Below are positions 7,418 to 16,043 of a stretch of DNA of 62,688 nucleotides, piece after piece. Position 1 is the stretch's first letter, and each line of letters opens with the position of its first letter. Source of the stretch: Trueperaceae bacterium (GTDB taxonomy: Bacteria > Deinococcota > Deinococci > Deinococcales > Trueperaceae); contig PWQI01000099.1 of NCBI GenBank assembly GCA_003556805.1, positions 1 to 62,688 on the forward strand, in the 5' to 3' direction. Made by a program: the position numbers and the translations under genes. The notes under the pieces were generated by a model, which saw only the letters and a program-made list of their open reading frames with translations, did no database searches and had not been told where the DNA came from.

Positions 7418-8158
7418 ATGCCGACACCCGACACGACCATCGGCGAGCGCTCGCGCCGAACGCGCGGCGTGCTTCGTGCGACCGCGATCGGGGTGTGGGC
7501 GGTCGTGCTCGTCGCGTTCTGGTACGGCGCCCGCCAAGCCGACCTGGGTCCGCTCGATTACCTGTTGGTCGGGATCGAACAGGTCGCTGCCCACCCTTGG
7601 GCGGCGGCGTGGGTGTTGGTGCTGTACCTGGCCCGGCCGGTGCTGCTGGTACCGATCACGATCGTGAACCTGGCGTCAGGGTTCGTCCTGGGCGTGTTTC
7701 CCGGCGTGGTGCTCGCGCTGGCGGGCACCCTCGCGTCGGCCTCGGTCGGGTACGGGATCGGTCGGCTCCTCGGGTCGCCGCGGCTCGCCAAGGCGCTGCC
7801 GGAACGCTGGTCGTTCCTGGGCATGCTGCGCCGCAACGCCTTCGCGAGCGTCGCCGCTGGCGGGCTGATGTACTTGCACGCCGACGCCGTCAACCTGCCG
7901 GCCGGCCTGATGCGCATCCGCTTCCCCATCTTCCTGGCAGGCATCGCCGTCGGCAACGCGTTGACCATGACCTCGGCGGTCCTCGCGGGCGCGTCGGTCG
8001 AGGGGAACCTCCGCGACACGACCCTCTCTGTCGACGTCATGACGCTCGTGCCGGCGCTCGGGCTCTTCGTGCTCAGCTTGACGCTGGCCTCGTGGCTGCG
8101 GCGCCGCCACGCGCGTGAGCGCGACCGGGCGACCGCCACCGCGCACACGCGCGGCTGA
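7418..8158 (+). CDS. TVP38/TMEM64 (VTT-domain, DedA-superfamily) membrane protein
   Basis: 246-aa multi-TM ORF with the VTT-like core (PITIVNLASGFVLG...GTLASASVGYGIGRLLG). It starts 21 nt after the Pcs-like gene. Confidence 0.75.
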   Translation: MPTPDTTIGERSRRTRGVLRATAIGVWAVVLVAFWYGARQADLGPLDYLLVGIEQVAAHPWAAAWVLVLYLARPVLLVPITIVNLASGFVLGVFPGVVLALAGTLASASVGYGIGRLLGSPRLAKALPERWSFLGMLRRNAFASVAAGGLMYLHADAVNLPAGLMRIRFPIFLAGIAVGNALTMTSAVLAGASVEGNLRDTTLSVDVMTLVPALGLFVLSLTLASWLRRRHARERDRATATAHTRG

Positions 8159-8237
8159 CGCCAGCGCTCCCCGGCGCGCCGCAGCCCGGCATCCGACACG
8201 CGTTCGGAACGCGTCAGGAGCGCCCTCCCCTGCGTGC

Positions 8238-8243
8238 TATCGT
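8238..8243 (+). promoter_or_regulatory. -10 box TATCGT, 8 nt upstream of the gcvT ATG (leaderless-type)
   Basis: No SD lies between the box and the ATG at 8252. Confidence 0.4.
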
Positions 8244-8251
8244 CGATCTCG

Positions 8252-9313
8252 ATGCAACGGACACCGCTCTACGAAGCCCACGAGGCCCTCGGTGCGCGGA
8301 TCGTCGACTTCGCCGGTTGGGCGATGCCGATCCAGTACCCGAGCGGCATCAACCATGAACATCTGGCCGTCCGCCAAGACGTCGGTGTGTTCGACGTGAG
8401 CCACATGGGCGAGCTGCGTGTACGCGGCGCCGACGCGGTGCCGTTCCTGCGTTGGAGCACGCTCAACGACGCAGGCAAGCTGCGCGTCGGCCGTGGCCAG
8501 TACTCGATGCTGCCGAACGACCAGGGCGGGTTGGTGGACGATCTCTACCTCTACCGCGACGCGGACGACGACTTCCTGGTCGTCGCCAACGCCGGCAACG
8601 TCGACGTGGTCGACGGCCAGCTACGCCGCCTCTCGGAGGGCTTCGACGTCGTGATCGAGGACGAGTCGGAGCGCTGGGCGCTGATCGCGATCCAGGGACC
8701 TGGTGCCGCGCTGCTCCTGGAGCGGCTCTCGAGCAGCGACCTCGCGGCCGTTCGCAAGAACCAGACGGTCGACGTGCACGTCGGCGGCTGCCCGGTGCGC
8801 CTCGCTCGAACGGGCTACACCGGCGAGGACGGTTTCGAGGCCTTCATCGCGCCGGCGGACGCCGTCGCGGTGTGGGACCTGGTCGTCGAGGCCGGCGCCG
8901 CACCGTGCGGACTGGGTGCACGCGACACGCTGCGGCTCGAGGCCGGCTTCCCGCTCTACGGCCACGAGCTCGGTCCCGACACCAACCCGCTGGCCACGCC
9001 GTTCGCGTGGGTGGTCAAGGACAAGCCCTTCTTCGGCCGCGAGGCGATGTGGGGCGCGGAGCCCGGGAAGCGCTTGGTCGGCCTGCGCCTCGATGGACGC
9101 GGCATCGCGCGCCAAGGGTACGAGGTGACCGACGAACGCGGTACGCCGCTCGGCGAGGTGACCTCCGGCACCCTGTCCCCGCTGACGCGCGAGGCGATCG
9201 CCATGGCCTGGGTGCGCACGAGCCACGCCGAACCCGGCAGTGTGGTCCAGGTCCTGATCCGCGGCCAGGCCGTGCGCGCAACCGTCGTCGTGCCCCCGTT
9301 CTACGGCCGTTGA
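8252..9313 (+). CDS. gcvT: Glycine cleavage system T protein (aminomethyltransferase)
   Basis: The N-terminus MQRTPLYEAHEALGARIVDFAGWAMPIQY is canonical GcvT. The ORF-track start at 8234 is a GTG inside the -10 box. Confidence 0.95.
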   Translation: MQRTPLYEAHEALGARIVDFAGWAMPIQYPSGINHEHLAVRQDVGVFDVSHMGELRVRGADAVPFLRWSTLNDAGKLRVGRGQYSMLPNDQGGLVDDLYLYRDADDDFLVVANAGNVDVVDGQLRRLSEGFDVVIEDESERWALIAIQGPGAALLLERLSSSDLAAVRKNQTVDVHVGGCPVRLARTGYTGEDGFEAFIAPADAVAVWDLVVEAGAAPCGLGARDTLRLEAGFPLYGHELGPDTNPLATPFAWVVKDKPFFGREAMWGAEPGKRLVGLRLDGRGIARQGYEVTDERGTPLGEVTSGTLSPLTREAIAMAWVRTSHAEPGSVVQVLIRGQAVRATVVVPPFYGR

Positions 9314-9346
9314 GCCGGGTACGCTGAGACTTCGAGGAGAGCATCC

Positions 9347-9733
9347 ATGCATACGCCAGACAGCTTGCGCTACGTACGCTCGCACGAGTGGGCCAGCGCG
9401 CCCGACGACGGTGTCGTCACCGTCGGCATCAGCGACTTCGCCCAAGACCAGCTCGGCGACGTGGTGTTCGTCGAGTTGCCCGACGTCGGCCGCCAGGTGG
9501 CGGCAGGCGAGGCGATCGCGGTCGTCGAGTCGGTGAAGACGGCCTCCGACATCTACGCCCCGCTGGCCGGCGAGGTCGTGGCCGTCAACGAGGGCTTGGA
9601 GGACGCGCCTGAGACCATCAACTCGGCACCCTACGAGGGGGGCTGGTTGTTCAAGCTGCGCGTCGACGATCCGTCGGCATGGGACGGCCTGCTCGATGCG
9701 GCCGGCTACGAGGCCGTGGCGGAGGCGGACTGA
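9347..9733 (+). CDS. gcvH: Glycine cleavage system H protein (lipoyl carrier)
   Basis: 128 aa with the lipoyl-lysine motif [17 protein letters not shown] is present. Confidence 0.95.
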   Translation: MHTPDSLRYVRSHEWASAPDDGVVTVGISDFAQDQLGDVVFVELPDVGRQVAAGEAIAVVESVKTASDIYAPLAGEVVAVNEGLEDAPETINSAPYEGGWLFKLRVDDPSAWDGLLDAAGYEAVAEAD

Positions 9734-9735
9734 GC

Positions 9736-11082
9736 ATGCCGTACGTACCGCATTCCGACGACGACGTCCGCCGTGCGCTGGCAGCGATCGGCGTCGACGA
9801 CGTCGAGGCGCTGTTCGCCGACGTGCCGGAGGCGCTCCGCGATCCGCCGATCGAGCTGAGCGCGCCGCTCGACGAGACGGCGCTGCTCAAGCGCGTCGAC
9901 GAGCTCGCGGCGCGCGACCGCACGACGGGCCCCGACTTCCTCGGCGGTGGCCTGCGCGCGCACTTCATCCCCTCCGTGACGCCGCATCTGGCCTTCCAGA
10001 GCGAGTTCGTGACCGCCTACACGCCGTACCAGCCCGAGGTCTCGCAAGGCATCCTGCAGGCGACCTTCGAGTACCAGACCATGATGTGCGAGCTCACCGG
10101 GTTGCCGGCGTCGAACGCGTCGATGTACGACGGCGCCTCGGCCGTCGCCGAGGCGGCGCTGCTCGCAGTGCGGCAGACGAAGCGCGAGACGGTGCTCGTC
10201 TCACGCGGCGTGCACCCCGAGACGATCGAGGTGTTGCAGACGTACTTGTGGCCGCTCGGCATCGCGCTCGAGGTGATCGAGCTCGAGGACCTCACCACCC
10301 CGGTGCCGGACGTGTCGAGCGAGGTCGCGTGCGTCATCGCGCAGAACCCCAGCTTCGTCGGCACGCTCGAGCCGATGCGCTCGCTCGCCGACGCCGCGCA
10401 TGGGGCGGGGGCGCTCTTCGTCGCCGCGGTCGATCCGCTCTCCCTGGCGGTGCTCGCCAGCCCCGGCGAGGTCGGTGCCGACATCGCGGTCGGGGACGGT
10501 CAGACGCTCGGGAACCCCGTCGGCTTCGGCGGCCCGAGCTTCGGCTTCATGGTCGTCACCGAGCCGCTGCTGCGGCAGCTGCCGGGCCGTCTCGTGGGCC
10601 AGACCACCGACGTCGACGGCAAGCGTGCGTTCGTCCTGACGCTCCAGGCTCGCGAGCAGCACATCCGCCGCAGCAAGGCGAAGTCGAACATCTGCTCGAA
10701 CCACCAGCTGACGGCGCTGATGGCGACGATCAACATGGCCGCGCTCGGTCCACAAGGGCTGCGCGAGATGGCCGAGGGGAGCGTGCGCCGCGCTCACCAG
10801 CTGGCCGACGCGCTGCGCGCGGCGGGCGGCGACGTCCGCACGGGTGCACGCTTCTTCAACGAGTTCGTGCTGTGCATCGATCGTGAACCGGCGACGCTGC
10901 GGCGGGCGCTGTCCGAACGTGGGATCCGCGCCGGCGTGAGCGTGCCGGAGGCGTTCGGGCTCGGCTTCGCCGTGACGCTCGCCACCACCGAGCGCACCAG
11001 CGACGACGACATCGCCGCATTGGTGAGCGCGCTGGGCGACCTGGGCGTGCTGGCATCGGCCCGCCAGGAGGTGACGGCGTGA
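9736..11082 (+). CDS. gcvPA: Glycine dehydrogenase (decarboxylating) subunit 1
   Basis: The start MPYVPHSDDD lies 2 nt after the gcvH stop. Homology to P-protein subunit 1 runs throughout. Confidence 0.95.
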   Translation: MPYVPHSDDDVRRALAAIGVDDVEALFADVPEALRDPPIELSAPLDETALLKRVDELAARDRTTGPDFLGGGLRAHFIPSVTPHLAFQSEFVTAYTPYQPEVSQGILQATFEYQTMMCELTGLPASNASMYDGASAVAEAALLAVRQTKRETVLVSRGVHPETIEVLQTYLWPLGIALEVIELEDLTTPVPDVSSEVACVIAQNPSFVGTLEPMRSLADAAHGAGALFVAAVDPLSLAVLASPGEVGADIAVGDGQTLGNPVGFGGPSFGFMVVTEPLLRQLPGRLVGQTTDVDGKRAFVLTLQAREQHIRRSKAKSNICSNHQLTALMATINMAALGPQGLREMAEGSVRRAHQLADALRAAGGDVRTGARFFNEFVLCIDREPATLRRALSERGIRAGVSVPEAFGLGFAVTLATTERTSDDDIAALVSALGDLGVLASARQEVTA

Positions 11083-12578
11083 ACGCCTCGCACAACGCAC
11101 CCGTCGGCGTCGACGCGGCCGACCGCTTTCGCGACGCGAGCTTCCCGCTGATCTTCGAACGCGCCGCCCCGGGACGCCGCGCCGCCAGGCCGCCCGTCGT
11201 GGACGGGGCGCCGATGGAGGAGCTGTTGGGCGAGGAGCACCTGCGCGCGCAGCCACCCGGGCTCCCCGAGGTGGCCGAGCTCGACCTGGTGCGCCACTAC
11301 ACGCAGCTCGCGCACCGCCAGTTCTCGATCGACGGCAACGTCTACCCCCTCGGCTCGTGCACGATGAAGTACAACCCGAAGGTGCATGAAGAGGTCGCCA
11401 AGCGCTTCCAGGACGTGCATCCGTACCAGGACGAGGCGAGCGCGCAGGGCGTGCTGACCGTCCTCGCCGAGTTGCAGGACGACCTCGCCAGCATCACCGG
11501 CATGGACACCGTCAGCCTGCAACCCGCCGCCGGTGCGCACGGCGAACTGGCCGGCATCCTGATGATCCGCGCCTATCACGAGGCGAAGGGCGAGGGCGAG
11601 CAGCGCCGGGTGGTCATCTGTCCCGACGGTGCGCACGGCACGAACCCGGCCACCGCCTCCATGGCCGGCTACGACGTCGTCGAGGTACCCACCGGGCCCG
11701 ACGGCGAAGTCGACCTCGACGCGTTCCGCGCGGCGCTCGGTCCCAACGTCGCTGCCGTCATGCTGACCAACCCGAACACGCTGGGCCTGTTCGAGACACG
11801 CATCCTGGCGATCGCCGAAGCCGCCCACGCCGTGGGCGCGCAGCTCTACTACGACGGTGCGAACCTCAACGCCATCGTGGGCAGGGCGCGGCCGGGCGAC
11901 ATGGGCTTCGACGTCGTGCACCTGAACCTGCACAAGACGTTCACCACCCCGCACGGTGGCGGTGGGCCGGGCACGGGACCCGTCGGCGTCAAGGCGCACC
12001 TGGCGCCGTACCTGCCGGCGCCGCTGCTGGTACGCCGTGACGACGGCAGCGTCGGTGCCGAAGGGCAACGGCCGACCGCCATCGGGCGGCTGCGTTCCCA
12101 CTACGGCAACGTCGGCAACCTGGTGCGCGCCTGGGCGTACATCCGCACGCTCGGCCTGGAGGGCCTGCGGCGGGTGAGCACCATGGCGGTGCTGAACGCG
12201 AACTACCTGCGCGTGAGCATGCGCGAGGCGGGCTACCAGATCGCGTTCGACCGCGTGAACATGCACGAGTTCGTCGCTCGGCCGCCCGACGGCCTCAAGA
12301 CGCTCGACCTGGCCAAGATGCTGCTCGATTACGGCGTCCATCCGATGACCGTCTACTTCCCGCTGGTCGTGCGGGAGGCCATGATGGTCGAGCCGACGGA
12401 GACGGAGTCGATCGAGACGCTCGACGCCTACGCCGCGGTGCTGGGGCAGGTGTTGCGCGACGCGCAGCGCGACCCTTCCCTCGCTCACGACGCGCCGCGC
12501 AACACGCCGGTCAGGCGACTCGACGAGGTCGGCGCGGCCCGGCGGCCGATCCTGCGCTACCAGGTGCCGAAGGCCTGA
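11079..12578 (+). CDS. gcvPB: Glycine dehydrogenase (decarboxylating) subunit 2
   Basis: GTGA overlap with gcvPA. The PLP-lysine region is NLHKTFTTPHGGGGPG. Confidence 0.95.
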   Translation: MNASHNAPVGVDAADRFRDASFPLIFERAAPGRRAARPPVVDGAPMEELLGEEHLRAQPPGLPEVAELDLVRHYTQLAHRQFSIDGNVYPLGSCTMKYNPKVHEEVAKRFQDVHPYQDEASAQGVLTVLAELQDDLASITGMDTVSLQPAAGAHGELAGILMIRAYHEAKGEGEQRRVVICPDGAHGTNPATASMAGYDVVEVPTGPDGEVDLDAFRAALGPNVAAVMLTNPNTLGLFETRILAIAEAAHAVGAQLYYDGANLNAIVGRARPGDMGFDVVHLNLHKTFTTPHGGGGPGTGPVGVKAHLAPYLPAPLLVRRDDGSVGAEGQRPTAIGRLRSHYGNVGNLVRAWAYIRTLGLEGLRRVSTMAVLNANYLRVSMREAGYQIAFDRVNMHEFVARPPDGLKTLDLAKMLLDYGVHPMTVYFPLVVREAMMVEPTETESIETLDAYAAVLGQVLRDAQRDPSLAHDAPRNTPVRRLDEVGAARRPILRYQVPKA

Positions 12579-12596
12579 GCGCTCCTGCGATCACGT

Positions 12597-12633
12597 GAGC
12601 GCGCGCCGCCCGGTGACCGGGCGGCGCGCGCTC
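12597..12633. terminator. Perfect 17-bp hairpin between convergent gcvPB and the iscA-like gene
   Basis: GAGCGCGCGCCGCCCGG tga CCGGGCGGCGCGCGCTC. Confidence 0.6.
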
Positions 12634-12700
12634 GTGTGGTGGTGACGCGGCGACCGAGAGCAGGCCGCGCCCGTGCGTCGTCGGGGGCGGTCGCCCCCGC

Positions 12701-13141
12701 TCAGTGGCAGCTCGCGCTGCCCTCGCCATCGGGCGCCGCGCGGCCATCGGTGCGGAAGCTGTGACCGCAACCGCACGCGCTGGTGGCGTTCGGGTTGGTG
12801 ACGGAGAACCCACCACCCATCATGTTCTCGACGTAGTCGACCTCGCTGCCGCGCAGCAGTTCCCAGCTGCGCACGTCGACCATCAGGCGCACGCCACGAT
12901 CGACGAACACGCGGTCGCCTTCGCGGGCGACGTCGTCGATCGCCATGCCGTAGGAGTAGCCGCTGCAACCGCCAGACTTGACGAACACCCTGATGGCTGC
13001 GGCCTCCGACGACTGCTTCGCCAGCAGCTCCGCGGCCTTCTCGGCTCCTGCGGAGCTGAAGGTCATGCGCTGTTGTGGGTCGGCGACGCTGCGCGCGTCG
13101 ACGGGGGTCGGTTCGGTGACGTGTCGCGTCGTCTGGTCCAT
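12701..13141 (-). CDS. HesB/IscA/ErpA-family iron-sulfur cluster insertion protein with short N- and C-terminal extensions
   Basis: The core is [17 protein letters not shown] ... [10 protein letters not shown] trimmed the start to the ATG at 13141, which follows a GAGAGGA SD. The longer ORF-track N-terminus is only the translated G-tract repeat. Confidence 0.8.
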   Translation of the reverse strand: MDQTTRHVTEPTPVDARSVADPQQRMTFSSAGAEKAAELLAKQSSEAAAIRVFVKSGGCSGYSYGMAIDDVAREGDRVFVDRGVRLMVDVRSWELLRGSEVDYVENMMGGGFSVTNPNATSACGCGHSFRTDGRAAPDGEGSASCH

Positions 13142-13285
13142 GGCGTGTCCTCTCGATCTGTCTGCCCACGCGGCCTCGGGGGAGGCCACGAACGAATCCC
13201 GACCAATCATATCGGAATGCCGGGCGTGCGTGCGCTCCCTCGCGAACGCGGCTGGTGGCGCGGCGGTGGCGACGCCTGGCGCCCC

Positions 13286-13328
13286 GGGGGGCGCGGGGGG
13301 CGCGGGGGGCGCGGGGGGCGCGGGGGGG
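13286..13328 (+). repeat. Tandem 9-nt repeat (G6CGC)x4 + G7; canonical G-quadruplex-forming motif on the + strand
   Basis: G runs lie at 13286-91, 13295-300, 13304-09, 13313-18 and 13322-28, each pair separated by CGC. Confidence 0.9.
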
Positions 13329-13380
13329 CGGACGGCGGCCGGCCGCGCCGGGGCAGCAACGCACCCACGAACGATAACGT

Positions 13381-13415
13381 CGCTGGCCGGTCGACGCGGG
13401 GTCGACCGGCCAGCG
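13381..13415 (-). terminator. Perfect 15-bp hairpin immediately 3' of tRNA-Trp
   Basis: cgctggccggtcgac gcggg gtcgaccggccagcg. It starts 6 nt after the tRNA CCA end. Confidence 0.55.
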
Positions 13416-13420
13416 ATCGG

Positions 13421-13496
<76 letters not shown>

Positions 13497-13512
13497 TCAC
13501 GCCCGAGGAAGG

Positions 13513-13542
13513 AGGCTACCACGGTCGTCGAGTGGCTGCCAA
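13513..13542 (-). promoter_or_regulatory. Candidate promoter of tRNA-Trp (TTGGCA-N18-TAGCCT)
   Basis: -35 at 13537..13542 and -10 at 13513..13518 on the minus strand. The tRNA 5' end lies 16 nt downstream. Confidence 0.4.
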
Positions 13543-13606
13543 GCGCTCGCCGTCGCTGCGCTGCGACCGGGTCGTACCAGACGGTCGGAGGCACCGGGGG
13601 GCGTGC

Positions 13607-13612
13607 TAGACT
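13607..13612 (+). promoter_or_regulatory. -10 box TAGACT, 6 nt upstream of the nfeD GTG (leaderless-type)
   Basis: gctagactccagggGTG; no SD. Confidence 0.4.
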
Positions 13613-13618
13613 CCAGGG

Positions 13619-15034
13619 GTGAAACGCGTCCTGCACGTCATGCAACCCTCACTCATCGGGCTCGGCGTGGCAGCGCTCCTCATGGCGGCGATGTCATGGG
13701 CGCCGCTGCCACCTCGAGCGTCGGCGCAGAACCAGGCGCCGAGCAACACGGTGTGGATCATCCCGATCGAGACCGAGATCACCAGCGCGACGGCACAGTT
13801 CGTGCGCTCGCGCATCGATCGGGCGAACCGCGAGCGGCCGTTGGCGCTGCTCTTCGTGATCGACACCCCCGGCGGCGCCGTGCCTGCCATGCAACGGATC
13901 GTCGACGACATCCTCAACCGCAGCGAGCTGCCCACGATGGCGGTGGTGCGCAACGCCTTCTCGGCGGGCGCACTGATCGCGATGGCGACCGAGCAGCTGG
14001 CGATGTTGCCCGGCTCGGCCATCGGCGCCGCGCTGCCGATCCAGGTCACGCCGACGGGCATCGCGCCGGTCGACGAGAAGTTCACGAGCGCGTTCCGCGG
14101 CGAGTTCCGTTCGGTGGCGGAGGCGCGCGGGCGCGACACACGCATCGCCGAGGCGATGGTCGACGAGCGCATCGAGATTCCCGGGCTCTCGACGAGCAAC
14201 GAACTGCTGACGCTCACGGCGTCGCAGGCCGTCGAGTTCGACATCGCCGACGTCGAGGCGCGCTCCATCGGCGACGCCCTCGAGCTGTTCGGCTACGGTG
14301 GCGCCCGCGTCGAACGACTCGAGCCGAACCTGACCGAGCGCCTCGGCGGCATCCTGGCGTTGCCGATCGTGGCCGGCCTGCTCCTCGTGCTGGGGATCGG
14401 TGGCCTGGTCATCGAGTTCTTCACGCCCGGCTTCGGCATCCCCGGCGCAGTCGGCCTGCTCGCCTTGTCGCTCCTCGCGCTCACGGCGGTGGTGGCCACG
14501 CCGTCGGGCATCTGGGACGTGCTCCTGATACTGGTCGGGGTGGTCTTGTTGGCGGTGGAGGCGCTCATTCTGCCAGGCTTCGGCGTCGCCGGCGTCCTCG
14601 GCATCGGTGTGCTCGCCTTCGCCGTGTTCCGCATCTTCCAGGAGAGTTGGGTGTTCGTGCTCGGCTACAGCGGCGTGTTCGGTGGCGTGCTGCTGGCGTT
14701 GATGCTGTGGTTCTTGCCGAACAGCCGCTTCGCGCAGCGGCTGCGCTTGCACACCCGCATCGGGCGCTCGAGCACGGACGACGGGATCGTCGAGCCCGGC
14801 CGCTACCGCGAACGGGCCGACCTGATCGGCTCGACGGGCGTCGCCCTCACCGATCTCAGGCCCGCCGGCGTCGCCCGTTTCGGCGACGACCGGGTCGACG
14901 TCGTGACCCAAGGCGACTTCATCTCTCACGGCACTTCGATCAAGGTCTTGCACGTCGAGGGAAACCGTGTCACCGTGCGAGCAGCGACCGCCGAGGCGAG
15001 TGCCTCGGACGAACGAGCGAACGCCACAACCTGA
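13619..15034 (+). CDS. NfeD-family membrane protease (ClpP-class N-domain, TM region, C-terminal OB fold)
   Basis: 471 aa with a signal sequence and a ClpP-like domain (DTPGGAV...NAFSAGALIA). It has multiple TM helices and a C-terminal NfeD OB domain (GVALTDLRPAGVARFGDDRVDVV). Confidence 0.85.
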   Translation: MKRVLHVMQPSLIGLGVAALLMAAMSWAPLPPRASAQNQAPSNTVWIIPIETEITSATAQFVRSRIDRANRERPLALLFVIDTPGGAVPAMQRIVDDILNRSELPTMAVVRNAFSAGALIAMATEQLAMLPGSAIGAALPIQVTPTGIAPVDEKFTSAFRGEFRSVAEARGRDTRIAEAMVDERIEIPGLSTSNELLTLTASQAVEFDIADVEARSIGDALELFGYGGARVERLEPNLTERLGGILALPIVAGLLLVLGIGGLVIEFFTPGFGIPGAVGLLALSLLALTAVVATPSGIWDVLLILVGVVLLAVEALILPGFGVAGVLGIGVLAFAVFRIFQESWVFVLGYSGVFGGVLLALMLWFLPNSRFAQRLRLHTRIGRSSTDDGIVEPGRYRERADLIGSTGVALTDLRPAGVARFGDDRVDVVTQGDFISHGTSIKVLHVEGNRVTVRAATAEASASDERANATT

Positions 15035-15064
15035 GCCTCGTCTCAAGAAGGAGCACATCAGCAC

Positions 15065-16036
15065 ATGGACATCGGAATCCTGTTGATCGCCGGCGCGGTC
15101 GTACTCTTCTTCCTCATCCTCTTCACCGTCGTGCCCGTGGGCCTGTGGGTCTCCGCGGTCGCGGCCGGCGTCAAGGTGTCGCTCATCAGCCTGGTCGCGA
15201 TGCGGCTGCGGCGCGTCCCTCCGCACCGGATCATCCTGCCGCTCATCAAGGCCGACAAGGCCGGCATCGACGTCTCGCAAGACCAGCTCGAGGCGCACTT
15301 CTTGGCCGGCGGTAACGTCGACCGCGTCGTCGATGCGCTGATCGCCGCCGACAAGGCGCGCATCGCCCTCCCCTTCGATCGCGCCGCCGCCATCGACCTG
15401 GCGGGTCGTGACGTCCTCGACGCCGTGAAGGTGTCGGTCAACCCGCGCGTGATCCAGACCCCGAACGTCTCGGCGGTCGCGAAGGACGGCATCGAGCTGA
15501 TCAGCACGGCGCGCGTCACCGTGCGCGCGAACCTCGAGCGGCTCGTCGGCGGCGCCGGCGAGGAGACGATCATCGCGCGTGTCGGCGAAGGCATCGTGTC
15601 GTCGATCGGCTCGACCGATTCGCACAAGAAGGTGCTCGAGAACCCCGACGTGATCTCCAAGACCGTTCTCTCCAAGGGCCTCGACGCCGGCACGGCGTTC
15701 GAGATCCTGTCGATCGACATCGCCGACGTGAACGTCGGCCGCAACATCGGCGCCGAGCTGCAGACCGACCAGGCCGAGGCCGACAAGCGCGTCGCCCAGG
15801 CCAAGGCCGAGGAGCGGCGTGCCATGGCGGTCGCTGCCGAGCAGGAGAACCGCGCCCATGTCGAGGCCATGCGGGCGAAGGTCGTCGAGGCCGAGGCTCA
15901 GGTGCCGCTCGCCATCGCCAAGGCGTTCGAGGCCGGCAACCTCGGTGTGATGGATTACTACAACCTGCGCAACATCGAGTCAGACACCGACATGCGCAGG
16001 AACATCGCCAAGGCCACGGACGGCGAGGACTCGTGA
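15065..16036 (+). CDS. floA: Flotillin-like protein FloA (UPF0365/YqfA)
   Basis: 323 aa with an N-terminal TM segment and an SPFH-like core highly typical of YqfA. An AAGGAG SD is present. Confidence 0.9.
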   Translation: MDIGILLIAGAVVLFFLILFTVVPVGLWVSAVAAGVKVSLISLVAMRLRRVPPHRIILPLIKADKAGIDVSQDQLEAHFLAGGNVDRVVDALIAADKARIALPFDRAAAIDLAGRDVLDAVKVSVNPRVIQTPNVSAVAKDGIELISTARVTVRANLERLVGGAGEETIIARVGEGIVSSIGSTDSHKKVLENPDVISKTVLSKGLDAGTAFEILSIDIADVNVGRNIGAELQTDQAEADKRVAQAKAEERRAMAVAAEQENRAHVEAMRAKVVEAEAQVPLAIAKAFEAGNLGVMDYYNLRNIESDTDMRRNIAKATDGEDS

Positions 16037-16043
16037 TCCAACG

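Noticed and set aside
13286-13328. Possible miniature CRISPR-like array
   Set aside because: The repeat units are 9 nt and directly abutting, with no spacers. No cas genes are in the window.
13694-15859. 721-aa minus-strand ORF. Similar long antisense ORFs lie at 21018..23216, 10794..12488, 2850..4658, 38857..40389, 40430..42229 and 56279..57892.
   Set aside because: Each one mirrors a confidently identified gene on the other strand and has Arg/His-rich junk composition. I did not report them as genes.
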